The notes beneath the pieces were generated by a model. The model saw only the letters and a list, made by a program, of their open reading frames with translations, was not told the origin of the DNA and searched no databases. This document shows positions 45,251-57,166 of a stretch of 60,263 nucleotides of DNA, in pieces; position 1 is the stretch's first letter, and the number at the start of each line of letters is the position of its first letter. Source of the stretch: Candidatus Binataceae bacterium (GTDB lineage: Bacteria > Desulfobacterota > Binatia > Binatales > Binataceae); the NCBI GenBank assembly GCA_036495625.1, contig DASXMQ010000185.1:1-60263 (forward strand), given 5' to 3'. The translations under genes and the position numbers were made by a program.

Positions 45251-46285
45251 TCAGCGCGCGATGTCGTTGTGGCGCACCTGGACGGTCACGCCCTTTTTGC
45301 CGAGGCGGCGCGCGAGCTCGAGCGCGAGCGTGGGCGAACGATGCCGCCCGCCGGTGCATCCAAGCCCGATGGTCAGGTAGCTCTTGCCCTCGCGCCGGTA
45401 GAGCGGCACCAGGAAGCCGAGCAGGTGCGCGGTTTCCGTGATGAAGCGCCGCGCCTCCGAATGCCTCATCACGTAGGCGCGCACCCGCTTATCCGTTCCG
45501 TCAAGCGGCCTTAAGCCGGGCACGAAAAACGGATTCGGCAGGAAGCGTACGTCGAGCACGAGATCCATCCCGACCGGAATCCCGTACTTGTAGCCGAACG
45601 AGACCAGCGCGATCGTCATCGCCGAGCCGCTCGCCGCGCCCAGCACCGAACCGGTGATGACCTCGCGCAATTCGTGCACGCTCAGCGCGGTGGTGTCGAT
45701 CACGCGGTCGGCGCGCTCGTGCATCTCGGCCAGGGCGAGGCGCTCGCTGCGGATACTTTCGGCGACCGAGGCGCCGCTTTCAGCCATCGGATGCGGTCGG
45801 CGGGTCTCCGAGTAGCGCCGCACCAGGACCTCGTCGGCGGCGTCGAGGAAGATCACTTCGGGACGATAGCCGGCGCGCTCGAGATCGCTGAAAAAGCGCG
45901 GCCACTGCGGAAAGAATAGCCGCTCGCGCGAATCGATCCCGAGCGCCACGCCCGCGAGCTCCGGGTCGCGTCGGGTCGCAAGCCGCAGCGCCGATTCGGC
46001 AAGCGCCACCGGCATGTTGTCCACGCAATAGAAACCCAGATCCTCGAGCACGCGCATCGCGGACGCTCGCCCCGATCCCGAAACGCCGGTGACGATGATG
46101 AGACGCGGGGCGCGGCGGGCCTTCCCGGAGGCTGGGGGCCTGGCCGACTTGCCAGTACCTGATTTGGCCGGGGCTTTGCGCGAGGACTTGCGCGGGCCTG
46201 GAGATTTTTCCGACTTGTCCGATACGGCCGTCGCGCGCGCCTTGTGCGGGCGCGCCCGCCGTCGTGGGGCCATCGCAGGGTCCAA
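45251..46285 (-). CDS. rapZ: RNase adapter protein RapZ (YhbJ) with about 59-aa basic N-terminal extension
   Basis: LIIVTGVSGSGRASAMRVLEDLGFYCVDNMP..FLDA..RRYSETRRPHP..VSFGYKYG..DVRFLPNPF..IGCTGGRHRS. Position after ptsN as in the canonical rpoN operon. Confidence 0.85.
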   Translation of the reverse strand: MDPAMAPRRRARPHKARATAVSDKSEKSPGPRKSSRKAPAKSGTGKSARPPASGKARRAPRLIIVTGVSGSGRASAMRVLEDLGFYCVDNMPVALAESALRLATRRDPELAGVALGIDSRERLFFPQWPRFFSDLERAGYRPEVIFLDAADEVLVRRYSETRRPHPMAESGASVAESIRSERLALAEMHERADRVIDTTALSVHELREVITGSVLGAASGSAMTIALVSFGYKYGIPVGMDLVLDVRFLPNPFFVPGLRPLDGTDKRVRAYVMRHSEARRFITETAHLLGFLVPLYRREGKSYLTIGLGCTGGRHRSPTLALELARRLGKKGVTVQVRHNDIAR

Positions 46286-46306
46286 GGCGCTCCGGCGCGT
46301 GCTGCC

Positions 46307-46768
46307 TCAGTGCCGGGCGTCTTCCTCCTTGATGAGGCGGAAGATTTCGGCTGCGTCGGGCGCGGCGGTCAGCCGTTCGCGAAACGCCGGGTCCTTCATC
46401 AGGCGCGAGACGCGCGCGAGGGCCTTCAGATGGAGGCTCGCCGAATCCTCGGGCGCGAGCAGCAGGAAGAACAGATGCGTGGAGCCGCCGTCGAGCGAGT
46501 CGAAGTCCACGCCGTGTTGATGGCGGCCGAAGACGCCGATGATGCTGTTGACGCCGGCAAGCTTGCCATGGGGGATCGCGATACCATCGCCGATCGCGGT
46601 CGAGCCGAGCCGCTCGCGCTCGGCCAGCACCGCCGACAGCGCCGCGGGATCGATCTCGCGATGCTTGTTCGCAAGGTAGTCCGACAGCTCGTGCAGGACC
46701 TCGGGTTTGGTGCTGCCCTTGAGCTCGGGCAACACCATATCAGGACTCAGAATATCGGTAATTTTCAT
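46307..46768 (-). CDS. ptsN: PTS IIA-like nitrogen regulatory protein PtsN
   Basis: RERLGSTAIGDGIAIPHGKL (active His), HLFFLLLAP. Position between hpf and rapZ. Confidence 0.85.
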   Translation of the reverse strand: MKITDILSPDMVLPELKGSTKPEVLHELSDYLANKHREIDPAALSAVLAERERLGSTAIGDGIAIPHGKLAGVNSIIGVFGRHQHGVDFDSLDGGSTHLFFLLLAPEDSASLHLKALARVSRLMKDPAFRERLTAAPDAAEIFRLIKEEDARH

Positions 46769-46886
46769 TGCTTGCTCAGCGTACCCCGATTATTGCATCG
46801 AAAAGCGGGCGAGGGCGAGTGCAGCGCGGGACGCAAAAGCGCCGCTTGGCGCGCGATTTCTTTTTACGCAAGCCCCCTGGTCCCGC

Positions 46887-47333
46887 CTACGAGCGCGAAT
46901 CGCTTTCCGCCTCCTCGACCGCGCTCAAAACCTCGCCCGCCGACGGGGAACGCCATTTCCGGGCTTCGATTTTCTCCAGATGTTTTTTGAGTTGACGCGC
47001 GACCTTGTCCGCGAGCAGGTCGATGACCGAGTAGAGATCCTTGGTCTCTTCCTGTGCGGCGACCACCGCCAAGCGGCCCGATTTTACCGTTACCTCGCCG
47101 CATTGGCGGTACTTATCAACCGAGAGGATCAAGTGCACCGTGCAGGGACGCTTGAGCGTCTGGGCCACGTGGCCGAGCTTGCGCTCCGCGTAGAGTCGAA
47201 TCGGCTCGGTCGGCTCGACGTGGCGAAAGGTCACGGAGACTTCGGCTGCGGGCCTGGCCTTGAGCTTCGCGCGGCGGCGCTGCTTCTGTTCGGCTCTTCC
47301 GTTGCGCTTTCGCGTGGGCTCTTTCGTCGCCAT
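46887..47333 (-). CDS. hpf: Ribosome hibernation promoting factor (HPF/RaiA family) with basic N-terminal extension
   Basis: VSVTFRHVEPTEPIRLYAERKLGHV..VHLILSVDKYRQCGEVTV..DLYSVIDLLADKVARQLKKH. ATG 47333 preferred; GTG 47396 possible. Confidence 0.8.
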   Translation of the reverse strand: MATKEPTRKRNGRAEQKQRRRAKLKARPAAEVSVTFRHVEPTEPIRLYAERKLGHVAQTLKRPCTVHLILSVDKYRQCGEVTVKSGRLAVVAAQEETKDLYSVIDLLADKVARQLKKHLEKIEARKWRSPSAGEVLSAVEEAESDSRS

Positions 47334-47418
47334 TTGAACTACCTCTCTCTGCCTCTTCGGCGCGCGCCTTTCGCCGGCGGCCGCTCGCTCGCGCACTCTG
47401 TGCCGACGAAGGAGATGT

Positions 47419-48987
47419 TCAACCCACCTTCTTGCGCCGCGCCGAGGGCAGGATGCCTAGCGCCTGGCGGTACTTGGCCACCGTGCGCCGCGCGATATTG
47501 ATCTGGTCGCGGCGCAGAAATTCGGCGATCGCCTGGTCCGACAACGGGTCGTGCGTCTGCTCGAGCGCGACCATCGCGCGGATCTTCTCCTTGACGGTCT
47601 CCGCGCTCACGTCCTCGCCGCTGGTGCCTTTGACGCCCGAGGTGAAGAAGAACTTCATCTCGAAGATGCCCTGCTGGGTGTGCGCGTACTTGTTGGCGGT
47701 GGCGCGGCTGATGGTCGATTCGTGCATCCCGATGTCCTCGGCCACGTCCTTGAGCACCAGCGGGCGGAGGTGCGTGATGCCGTGGTCGAAGAACGCGCGC
47801 TGGAACTTCACGATCGAGGTGGCGACCTTGAAGATCGTCTGCTGGCGCTGGTAAATCGATTTCACCAGCCATCGCGCCGACCGCAGCCGCTCTTGCAGAT
47901 ATTCCTTGGTGTCGGCGGCGACCGCGCTGTCGCTCAATACGCGCTGGTAATATCCGGCAAGCCGCAGCCGCGGCACCGCGCCCTCGTTGAGCAGCACCAC
48001 GTAGTCATTGCCCATCTTGTGGATGAAAACGTCCGGCACGATATAGGCCGGCTCCTGGCCGCCGTAGTCGCGTCCCGGCTTGGGCTCGAGCAGCGAGATT
48101 ACCTTGGCCGCCTGCCCGACCGTCTCGACGGAAACGCCGAGCGAGCGCGCGATCTCGGCATAGCGATGCTTCTCGAGCAGATCGAGATGGTTGAGCACGA
48201 TCCGTGCGGCCAGCGACTCTTCCATCCCGATATTGGCCAGCTGCTGGTAGAGGCACTCGCGCAGGTCGCGCGCCGCCACGCCGGGGGGATCGAAGCGCTG
48301 CACGCGCTTGAGCACGCGCTCAACCATGGCCGCGTCGGTCTCGAGCTGAACCGCAAGGTCCTCGATCGGCGTTTCCAGATAGCCGTCGTCGTTGAGGTTG
48401 TAGATGATGGTCGCGCCGACGATCTGCTCGTTCTGATCCAGCGCGGACATCCGCAACTGCCACATCAGATGATCTTCGATCGAAGTGCGCCGGGTGAGCG
48501 TGTTCTCCAGCGTCTGGCGGTGTTCGTCGTCCGGTTCGGACTCCTGGTTGTCCTGCCAGTTGTTGGAATAGTTCTCGAGATATTCGCGCCAGTCGAGCTT
48601 GTCGAGACGGCCATCCTCCTTGATCTCGGTCGCGGCGTCGCCCGCTTCGCTCGTCATCCCCTCAACCGCCGGCGGTTCGTCGCCGTTGCCGTTCCACTCA
48701 GGCTCGGCCGGCGCCGCCCCGAGCTCGGGCTCGGGCGGCAACAAGTCGGGCTCGGAGCCGGGCGTCGTATCCGGCGTCGCCGCCATCCCGTCGTCGGCCG
48801 CGGTCGCGGTGGGGCTGCGCTCCTCGACCATCTCGAGCAGCGGATTTGATTCAAGTTCGTTCTGGACGACGACTTCCAGCTCGGGCAGAGACAGCTGCAG
48901 GATCTTGATCGCCTGCTGGAGCTGCGGCGTCATCACCAGCTGCTGCCGCAGCCTGAGGTCTTGTCCTAGTTTGAGTTCAGGCGCCAT
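47419..48987 (-). CDS. rpoN: RNA polymerase sigma-54 factor
   Basis: Region I LRLRQQLVMTPQLQQAIKILQLSLPEL. HTH DVAEDIGMHESTISRAT. RpoN box ARRTVAKYR. Confidence 0.95.
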   Translation of the reverse strand: MAPELKLGQDLRLRQQLVMTPQLQQAIKILQLSLPELEVVVQNELESNPLLEMVEERSPTATAADDGMAATPDTTPGSEPDLLPPEPELGAAPAEPEWNGNGDEPPAVEGMTSEAGDAATEIKEDGRLDKLDWREYLENYSNNWQDNQESEPDDEHRQTLENTLTRRTSIEDHLMWQLRMSALDQNEQIVGATIIYNLNDDGYLETPIEDLAVQLETDAAMVERVLKRVQRFDPPGVAARDLRECLYQQLANIGMEESLAARIVLNHLDLLEKHRYAEIARSLGVSVETVGQAAKVISLLEPKPGRDYGGQEPAYIVPDVFIHKMGNDYVVLLNEGAVPRLRLAGYYQRVLSDSAVAADTKEYLQERLRSARWLVKSIYQRQQTIFKVATSIVKFQRAFFDHGITHLRPLVLKDVAEDIGMHESTISRATANKYAHTQQGIFEMKFFFTSGVKGTSGEDVSAETVKEKIRAMVALEQTHDPLSDQAIAEFLRRDQINIARRTVAKYRQALGILPSARRKKVG

Positions 48988-49002
48988 ATCGATCGCCGCT
49001 GA

Positions 49003-50133
49003 CTAAGGCGACTTCGCGACGGTCGTCTTATTATCACGGGTTTTCTGGTCCTTAGGGAAGAACACCGCGCGCGCTCCCTCGACCTCGCTCTTGCCGGTGT
49101 CAAGATGCACCGTGATTTTGCTCCCGGTAACCTGATCCTCGCCATCGTGGACCACCGGGCTGCCGGTAAGTGTCACCGTATGCTTGGCCTGGTCGAGCAC
49201 CGCGTGATCCCCGGTCGCCCATCGCGTGCCCTGGCTCATGCGCACGTTGTTGTTGGCGACCATCTCTTTGACCTCGTGAAAATCCTTGCCGTAGAAAACG
49301 GTCAAGGTGTCGCTGGTCAGAGTTGCGTCGGCTTGCGTGGCGTGGACGTGGCCGCGAAAAGTCACGATGTTGCCCTTGTAGTCGAGATCGAGCGCATCCG
49401 ACTTGATATCGATCGGGCCCTTGTTGCCCGAGAATTGAAGCGACGAAAAGGGGCCATTCTGGCTGTCGCCCTGTGAGGTTGCTTTCGCGTCCTTGGAGTC
49501 CGCTTTGGTGTCCTTGGATGCGGTCTGCAACGGAGCCGATTGTTGCGCGCCTTTGGAATTCGCGTGGCGTGGCGTCTGGCCCTTACCGGCGGCTTTCGCC
49601 TTCGCCCTGGCTTTCATCTCTGCGCCGGGCGTCGCGAGAGCCGCCGGCGCGCTGACGCTCTCGGCCGTTCCCGGCATCGCAGGAGCCGGTGTCGGTGCGG
49701 CGGTCTCTCCCGACGACACTACGCCCGCGGGCGCGGACGCCGCCGCCGCTCCGCCGGCGACGCCGGCGCCGGCTGGCGCCGCGACGTCGCCGTCAGCGTT
49801 GATTCCGCCCGCCGCGGGCGGCGCCGATGCCGGCGCCGCGCTTGGCGCGCCATCCGCAGACGCCGAGCCGCCGCCCGTGGCGGCGGCCTGTGTCTTGCGG
49901 ATGCTCGCGCCCGGAAGCACTGCACCCGGGCTTGCGGTGGCGGCCGCAGCCGCCGCCGCGGCGTCCGGGGCGGGCGAGGCGCTTTGCGCGAGCGCGCCCA
50001 AAGGCGCGCCCGCGCAAAGCGCCAGCACGAGGGCCGTTCCAACTATCAACGCGCGAGGCGCCGCGGCGGCGCGGCCGAGCCGCCGCCGCGCCGCGCGAGA
50101 CGCGCCGTTACGACTTGCCTGATTTGAGATCAC
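49003..50133 (-). CDS. lptA: LptA/OstA-family periplasmic LPS transport protein with long Ala/Pro/Gly/Ser linker
   Basis: Signal peptide (RALIVGTALVLALCAGAPLGALA). C-terminal OstA fold IDIKSDALDLDYKGNIVTFRGHVHATQADATLTSDTLTVFY..NNNVRM..TGDHAVLDQAKHTVTLTGSPVV. Position between lptC and rpoN. Confidence 0.7.
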   Translation of the reverse strand: MISNQASRNGASRAARRRLGRAAAAPRALIVGTALVLALCAGAPLGALAQSASPAPDAAAAAAAATASPGAVLPGASIRKTQAAATGGGSASADGAPSAAPASAPPAAGGINADGDVAAPAGAGVAGGAAAASAPAGVVSSGETAAPTPAPAMPGTAESVSAPAALATPGAEMKARAKAKAAGKGQTPRHANSKGAQQSAPLQTASKDTKADSKDAKATSQGDSQNGPFSSLQFSGNKGPIDIKSDALDLDYKGNIVTFRGHVHATQADATLTSDTLTVFYGKDFHEVKEMVANNNVRMSQGTRWATGDHAVLDQAKHTVTLTGSPVVHDGEDQVTGSKITVHLDTGKSEVEGARAVFFPKDQKTRDNKTTVAKSP

Positions 50134-50710
50134 TGGCTTTCTTCGGGGTCACCACGGTATTGGTCTGGCTTAACAGGGTGAAGCTGCGTTCGTTGGGATG
50201 GCCGGTCATGCCGGTCCCGGTGACCGTCATCCCCTGCCCTTGAACCTGCACCTCGCCGGGCGCATTCACGATATCCTTGTCGGGCGCGAAGGTCGCTTCG
50301 CCGGTGGTCAGCACGAAGTCGCCGTACATGATGCGCAGCCCGCCGCTCAAATGCGCCTGGGTGATATGATTGCCGTTCACCGAAATTTCCGCGCGCGGCG
50401 CCGAGACCTCGACATCCTTGCCATCCTTGGACATCATCGACAGCTCCGCGTCGCTCAGGACGAGGGTGGTCTTGTCGTGCGAGTAGCTCGCGTCGCGAGC
50501 GCTCAGACGCCATTGACTAAGGCCGCCGTTCATTTGCGTCCACTTGAGATTGCGCGCGTGGAGCAACGCGCTCGGCACGATACCCGCCATTTGCTGAATC
50601 GTCGCCGCCGGGGTGCGATGGCGCACGACATAAGTAGCGACCGCGAGCACCACGGCGAGCGCCGCGGCGCCGAACAGTCCCATCGCCTTGGCCACCCGTT
50701 TTGGACTCAT
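50108..50710 (-). CDS. lptC: LPS export system periplasmic protein LptC
   Basis: N-terminal TM anchor (AMGLFGAAALAVVLAVATYVV), then a beta-jellyroll-like pattern (WRLSARDASYSHDKTTLVLSDAEL..). Position upstream of lptA. Confidence 0.7.
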   Translation of the reverse strand: MSPKRVAKAMGLFGAAALAVVLAVATYVVRHRTPAATIQQMAGIVPSALLHARNLKWTQMNGGLSQWRLSARDASYSHDKTTLVLSDAELSMMSKDGKDVEVSAPRAEISVNGNHITQAHLSGGLRIMYGDFVLTTGEATFAPDKDIVNAPGEVQVQGQGMTVTGTGMTGHPNERSFTLLSQTNTVVTPKKASDLKSGKS

Positions 50711-50757
50711 CGCGACGCTCCAACGATGAGGCTATCAGCGGCGGTTTAGAGTGTAAA

Positions 50758-51084
50758 TCAACTCTTGCCGGGACGCCCGTTTCGGTCGATACGCGAGCGC
50801 AGGCGTGCCGCCGCGTAGGTCAGCGCCGCGGCCCAGATGAGGCTGTTGGGCACCGAGAGCAGAACAAAATATTGGTCGGTTTGCGCGCCCGCCAGATGAA
50901 CCAGCGGCAGCCCGAGCAGGTCGAAGAGCAGATGCCAGCCAATGTTGCGTGAGGCGCTGGCCCACGCGATCGCCTGCGCGATCCAATGCGTGACGAAAAA
51001 ACTCAGGAACACGAGCCCGGTCGCGAGATTATCCGCCAGCGCCCGCCATGCGGTGCGGGGGCTTTCTTCGGCCTGCCGCGCCAT
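50758..51084 (-). CDS. Hypothetical small membrane protein
   Basis: C-terminal 108 codons of ORF 50758..51360, from ATG 51084, 17 nt after the kdsA stop. Three hydrophobic segments (LATGLVFLSFFVTHWIAQAIAW..). Confidence 0.45.
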   Translation of the reverse strand: MARQAEESPRTAWRALADNLATGLVFLSFFVTHWIAQAIAWASASRNIGWHLLFDLLGLPLVHLAGAQTDQYFVLLSVPNSLIWAAALTYAAARLRSRIDRNGRPGKS

Positions 51085-51100
51085 GCTCCGCCGCAAATCG

Positions 51101-53613
<2,513 letters not shown>

Positions 53614-54357
53614 TCAGCCGCCGAGCCGCCGTGCATGAGCGCGCGCCCGCGCGAGGTCCTCGGCAGTATCTACCTCAAGCGACGGCGCCACGGAAGCCAC
53701 TATCCTGATTCGAAAGCCGCGCTCGAGCGCGCGCAGTTGCTCGAGCTTCTCGAGCGCTTCGAGCACGCCCTGCTCAAGTTCGGCAAAACGCAGCAGGAAC
53801 TCGCGGCGATAGGCATAAACGCCGATATGGCGGCGCGCCGCGGAGGGCGGCGCGGCGCCGTCGCGCGGCCATGGAATCGGCGCGCGCGAAAAATACAGCG
53901 CGTCGCCGCCTCCGTCGCACACCACTTTCACCACATTCGGATCGCGCCACTCCTCGGCGTTCGCGATCGGCGTCGCCAGCGTCGCCATCGCGATATCCTT
54001 GTCGGCGCGCATCGGCGCGGCGAGGGCGTCGAGGTCGGCCGGATCGATAAACGGCAGGTCGCCCTGCACATTGATATAAATCGCGGCCGGCACCTTGGCC
54101 GCGACCTCGGCGATTCGATCGGTGCCGCTCTGATGCGCCGGCGAGGTCATCATCACCTCGCCGCCCGCATCGGCAACCGCGCGCGCGATGCGCTCGTCGT
54201 CGGTCGCGACGATCACGCGATCGAGCGCGCGCGCCCCGGCCGCCTGACGCCACACCCGCACGACCATCGGCAGCCCCTCGATTTCGGCGAGCGCCTTGCC
54301 CGGCAGCCGGGTCGAGGAAAAGCGCGCCGGGATGACGCCGACTATTCCATCGGCCAT
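53614..54357 (-). CDS. kdsB: 3-deoxy-manno-octulosonate cytidylyltransferase
   Basis: VIPARFSSTRLPGKAL, VIVATDDERI, SGTDRIAE, NVQGDLPF, YFSRAPIPW, HIGVYAYR. Confidence 0.9.
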   Translation of the reverse strand: MADGIVGVIPARFSSTRLPGKALAEIEGLPMVVRVWRQAAGARALDRVIVATDDERIARAVADAGGEVMMTSPAHQSGTDRIAEVAAKVPAAIYINVQGDLPFIDPADLDALAAPMRADKDIAMATLATPIANAEEWRDPNVVKVVCDGGGDALYFSRAPIPWPRDGAAPPSAARRHIGVYAYRREFLLRFAELEQGVLEALEKLEQLRALERGFRIRIVASVAPSLEVDTAEDLARARAHARRLGG

Positions 54358-54492
54358 CGAGGGAACTCCGCAGACGATGTACAGGAAACGGAAGACTCCG
54401 AACGCAACCGCACAATAATTAGTAGCTGGCGGCGGCCCACGATGTCAATTTCGCGCCTGGAAATTGCTCCACAAAGCAGTATTGGCGCCGGG

Positions 54493-54532
54493 AAAAACGA
54501 TCGCGCGCGCGGCGCGCAGCAAGACGCGCGCG
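54493..54532 (-). terminator. Rho-independent terminator candidate after the small basic ORF
   Basis: Minus strand: CGCGCGCG-(15 nt loop)-CGCGCGCG, then AUCG UUUUU. It starts 10 nt after the ORF stop. A TTGACA hexamer (minus, 54448..54443) follows, upstream of kdsB. Confidence 0.4.
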
Positions 54533-54541
54533 CCTGATGGG

Positions 54542-54670
54542 TCAGGCGGTCTTGCGTCGGCGCGCCTTGCGCATCTGGAGTTTGCGCCTGCGTACCTGGA
54601 TCACGTCGGTGCGGCGCTTGCGCGCGAGTTTGCGATTGCGCCGGTTGCGCTGGCGGGAAGTCTGATTCAT
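54542..54670 (-). CDS. Untracked 42-aa hyper-basic protein (bS22-like composition)
   Basis: ATG 54670, 4 nt after the DD-carboxypeptidase stop, preceded by AAGGTGA. Translation MNQTSRQRNRRNRKLARKRRTDVIQVRRRKLQMRKARRRKTA (20 of 42 residues are R/K). TGA 54544..54542. Below the ORF-track size cut-off. Confidence 0.45.
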   Translation of the reverse strand: MNQTSRQRNRRNRKLARKRRTDVIQVRRRKLQMRKARRRKTA

Positions 54671-54674
54671 CGAT

Positions 54675-56192
54675 TCACCTTATGGGAGCCAGGTTCTGGG
54701 TTGCCGGCACCGCAGCCGCGTTGATCGAGGCGACTGGCGCATTCACCGGCGCGGCCGCAGCCGCAGGCGACAGCGCCGCGGCGGCCTGGGGTGCGGATGC
54801 GCCGGGCAAGGAAGCCGCGACGGGCTGACCCACTGGTGGCGCAGCCTGGCCGGCGGGAGCGGTGACGCGAATCGTCGCGCCGCGCTCGTTGGCGGCTTCA
54901 GGCACGGGCGCGCTCGGCGCCTCGGCCACCGCCGGGAGTTGCTGGCCGGCCGGGAACGGTTGCTGGCCCACCGGATACGGCGAGACCGCGTTGAAGGTCG
55001 CGACCACCTCGCTGCCGTCGCGCACGATAACCTCGCCGACAGCCTGCTCGGCCACCAGCGGTCCGTAGAGCGACGTCGGGACGGCCAGATCCATCTTGAG
55101 ATTCGCCGCATCCTTCTTCGGCACCACCGCCGAGACCGTGAGCTGCGCCACCGGCTGCATCACCTCATTCGCCCCCACCCGCACCTGCATCGGCAGCAGC
55201 TGGCCCTGCTTGACGACCTCGACCTTCTCGAAGTTGTCGAAGCCGTATTCGAGCAGCTTGGCGGCCTGCACGAAACGCTGCCCGTTGGACGGCGCGCCCA
55301 GCACCACCGCGATCAGCCGCATATTGCCGCGCTGCGCCGTCGCGGTCAGGTTGAACCCGGCCTTCAGCGTGAAGCCGGTCTTGATTCCGTCGGCGCCCTC
55401 GAAATGGCCAATCAGACGGTTGGTGTTGTGCAGCATCGCCGCGCCGTCGTCGAACGACGCGGTCTCCATCGAGGACCATTGGAGCAGGTCGGTCGAATGG
55501 ATGAGCGCGCGGCCAAGCTTGGCAAGGTCGTAGGCGTTGGTTACATCGGCGTCGTGCAGCGGCGTGGGCGGCAGACCCTCGACCGTGCCGTAAACCGTGT
55601 GGGTCATCCCGAGACTTTGCGCGCGCGCGTTCATCATCGCGACGCAGCGCTCGGTCGATCCGCAAATTTCCTCGGCCACCGCGACCGCGGCGTCGTTGGC
55701 CGAGCGGATAAGCGCGGCCTTCATCAGCTCGCCGAGCGGAACTACCTCGCCAGCGCGCAGGCCCAGGCGCGAGCCGCCGGTGAAGGCGGCATTGGCGCTG
55801 ATGACCGCGGGCGAGCTCAAATGAAAGCGGCCGGCCTTGATCTGGTCCTCGGCCACGAGCAGCAGCATCATCTTGGCCATCGAGGCCGGCGGCCAGTCTA
55901 TGCCGGCGTTATAGTCGTAAAGGATCCTGCCGGTGTCGGCGTCTTCGAGCAGCAGGGCATGGTAGGCAACCGTCCCGGTGCGGATCTCGCGATGGCGGTG
56001 CGGGATGTGGCGCCGATGGGGCTTGTAGCTTGCCTGGGCGGGCGCGGCAACGGCTACCGCGGCGGCCAGGAGCGCGACCGCTGCCGCGAGCGTCAATTGT
56101 AGCCGCGGGAGACCTTTTTGCCGTGATAGCCCCAGCTTTTTCACCACCGATCTTCTCGTCCGGCTCCTGAGTAGCCTGCCTGATGTACTCAT
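54675..56192 (-). CDS. D-alanyl-D-alanine carboxypeptidase (PBP5/6, peptidase S11) with Ala/Pro-rich C-terminal tail
   Basis: SxxK PASMAKMM, SxN IRSANDAA, KTG GIKTGFT. Signal/anchor LTLAAAVALLAAAVAVAAPAQA. Confidence 0.85.
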   Translation of the reverse strand: MSTSGRLLRSRTRRSVVKKLGLSRQKGLPRLQLTLAAAVALLAAAVAVAAPAQASYKPHRRHIPHRHREIRTGTVAYHALLLEDADTGRILYDYNAGIDWPPASMAKMMLLLVAEDQIKAGRFHLSSPAVISANAAFTGGSRLGLRAGEVVPLGELMKAALIRSANDAAVAVAEEICGSTERCVAMMNARAQSLGMTHTVYGTVEGLPPTPLHDADVTNAYDLAKLGRALIHSTDLLQWSSMETASFDDGAAMLHNTNRLIGHFEGADGIKTGFTLKAGFNLTATAQRGNMRLIAVVLGAPSNGQRFVQAAKLLEYGFDNFEKVEVVKQGQLLPMQVRVGANEVMQPVAQLTVSAVVPKKDAANLKMDLAVPTSLYGPLVAEQAVGEVIVRDGSEVVATFNAVSPYPVGQQPFPAGQQLPAVAEAPSAPVPEAANERGATIRVTAPAGQAAPPVGQPVAASLPGASAPQAAAALSPAAAAAPVNAPVASINAAAVPATQNLAPIR

Positions 56193-56265
56193 CCCCCCAC
56201 CTTGTTCACCAACCCATCCGCCGCCACTCCCGGTCAGGCGGCCCTGTCAGCAAAATCGCGACGGC

Positions 56266-56973
56266 TCAGCGGCCGTGCGCGAAGTCAGCTACGCGGTCCG
56301 AGGCGCCTTTTGCGCCCACGAGTTCCGCGCGTTTGAGTATCGCCAGGTTCTCGCGCGCGGGCGTGTAGGCCGGGTCGGCGCTCAGCAAGTCCGACCATTC
56401 TTCGCGCGCAAGCGGAAGACGTCCCTCTTCGGCGTAGATAAGACCGAGCGTGTTGCTCGCGTCAACCTCCTGCGGGTTGAGCCTCAGCGAAAACAGCATC
56501 TCGCGTTCCGCCTCGGTGAGCATTCCGCGCCGCTCGTAAGTCAGTCCAAGGTTGAAGTGGGTTTCAGGCTGATAGGGTCCGAGCAGAGCCGCAAGGCGCA
56601 GCACCTGGGTCGCGCCCTTGAGTTGACCCTCTTCGAGGTAGGCCAGCCCCAGGTTGAGAAACACCTGCCAGTCATCGAGTCCCAGGTCCACCGCGCGCCG
56701 GTATTCGCGCAGTTCGGGCCCATGCTGTCCGGTGACGCCGTAGGCGAAGCCGAGATGGTAGTGGGCAAGTGCGTTGTCGGGATGTTCGCGGATGACGACG
56801 AGGTGGCGGCGAATAGCCGCCGGGTAGTCTTCCATCCCGAGGTAATAATCGGCCTGCGGATCGCAAACCTGATTATCAGTCCCTGTGCTCGAAGCGCAGG
56901 CAACATTCGGCCCTGACAATGCTGAGCAAATCAGCAACGCGAAGAGAAGCCGAAACGCGCGGTGAACACTCAA
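56266..56973 (-). CDS. Tetratricopeptide-repeat protein, secreted
   Basis: Signal peptide FRLLFALLICSALS. Repeated TPR pattern (ALAHYHLGFAYGV.., VFLNLGLAYLEEG.., THFNLGLTYERRG.., NTLGLIYAEEG..). Confidence 0.75.
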   Translation of the reverse strand: MSVHRAFRLLFALLICSALSGPNVACASSTGTDNQVCDPQADYYLGMEDYPAAIRRHLVVIREHPDNALAHYHLGFAYGVTGQHGPELREYRRAVDLGLDDWQVFLNLGLAYLEEGQLKGATQVLRLAALLGPYQPETHFNLGLTYERRGMLTEAEREMLFSLRLNPQEVDASNTLGLIYAEEGRLPLAREEWSDLLSADPAYTPARENLAILKRAELVGAKGASDRVADFAHGR

Positions 56974-57036
56974 TGTCGTGGCCCATTACCAATCAAGCCA
57001 AATGGGCACTGAAGACCTTAGCAGGAAAACGAAATC

Positions 57037-57073
57037 AATAAAAAGCGCGCGACGCCAACCGGCGTCGCGCGCT
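57037..57073 (-). terminator. Rho-independent terminator of the His-rich protein gene
   Basis: Minus strand: AGCGCGCGACGCC-GGUU-GGCGUCGCGCGCU (perfect 13 bp) followed by UUUUAUUGAUUU, about 94 nt after the stop at 57167. Confidence 0.65.
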
Positions 57074-57166
57074 GGAGGAAAATCCCGTCCTGAGCGCTAC
57101 GGCCTTGCGGCCGCAGCCATTGGGTCACTCAAAACGGCATCGCAGACCGTTTATGCGAATCGGCTG

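Noticed and set aside
46064-46087. RapZ Walker A reads GVSGSGRA (Arg/Ala instead of the canonical Lys-Ser/Thr)
   Set aside because: As far as I recall, GxGR variants occur in actinobacterial and other RapZ/YvcJ homologues. It is therefore probably a lineage variant rather than an inactivated P-loop. I cannot verify this without an alignment.
47551-48849. 432-aa plus-strand ORF
   Set aside because: Antisense to rpoN. The same reasoning applies to 22637..23992, 5324..6436, 7300..8382 and 54939..56102.
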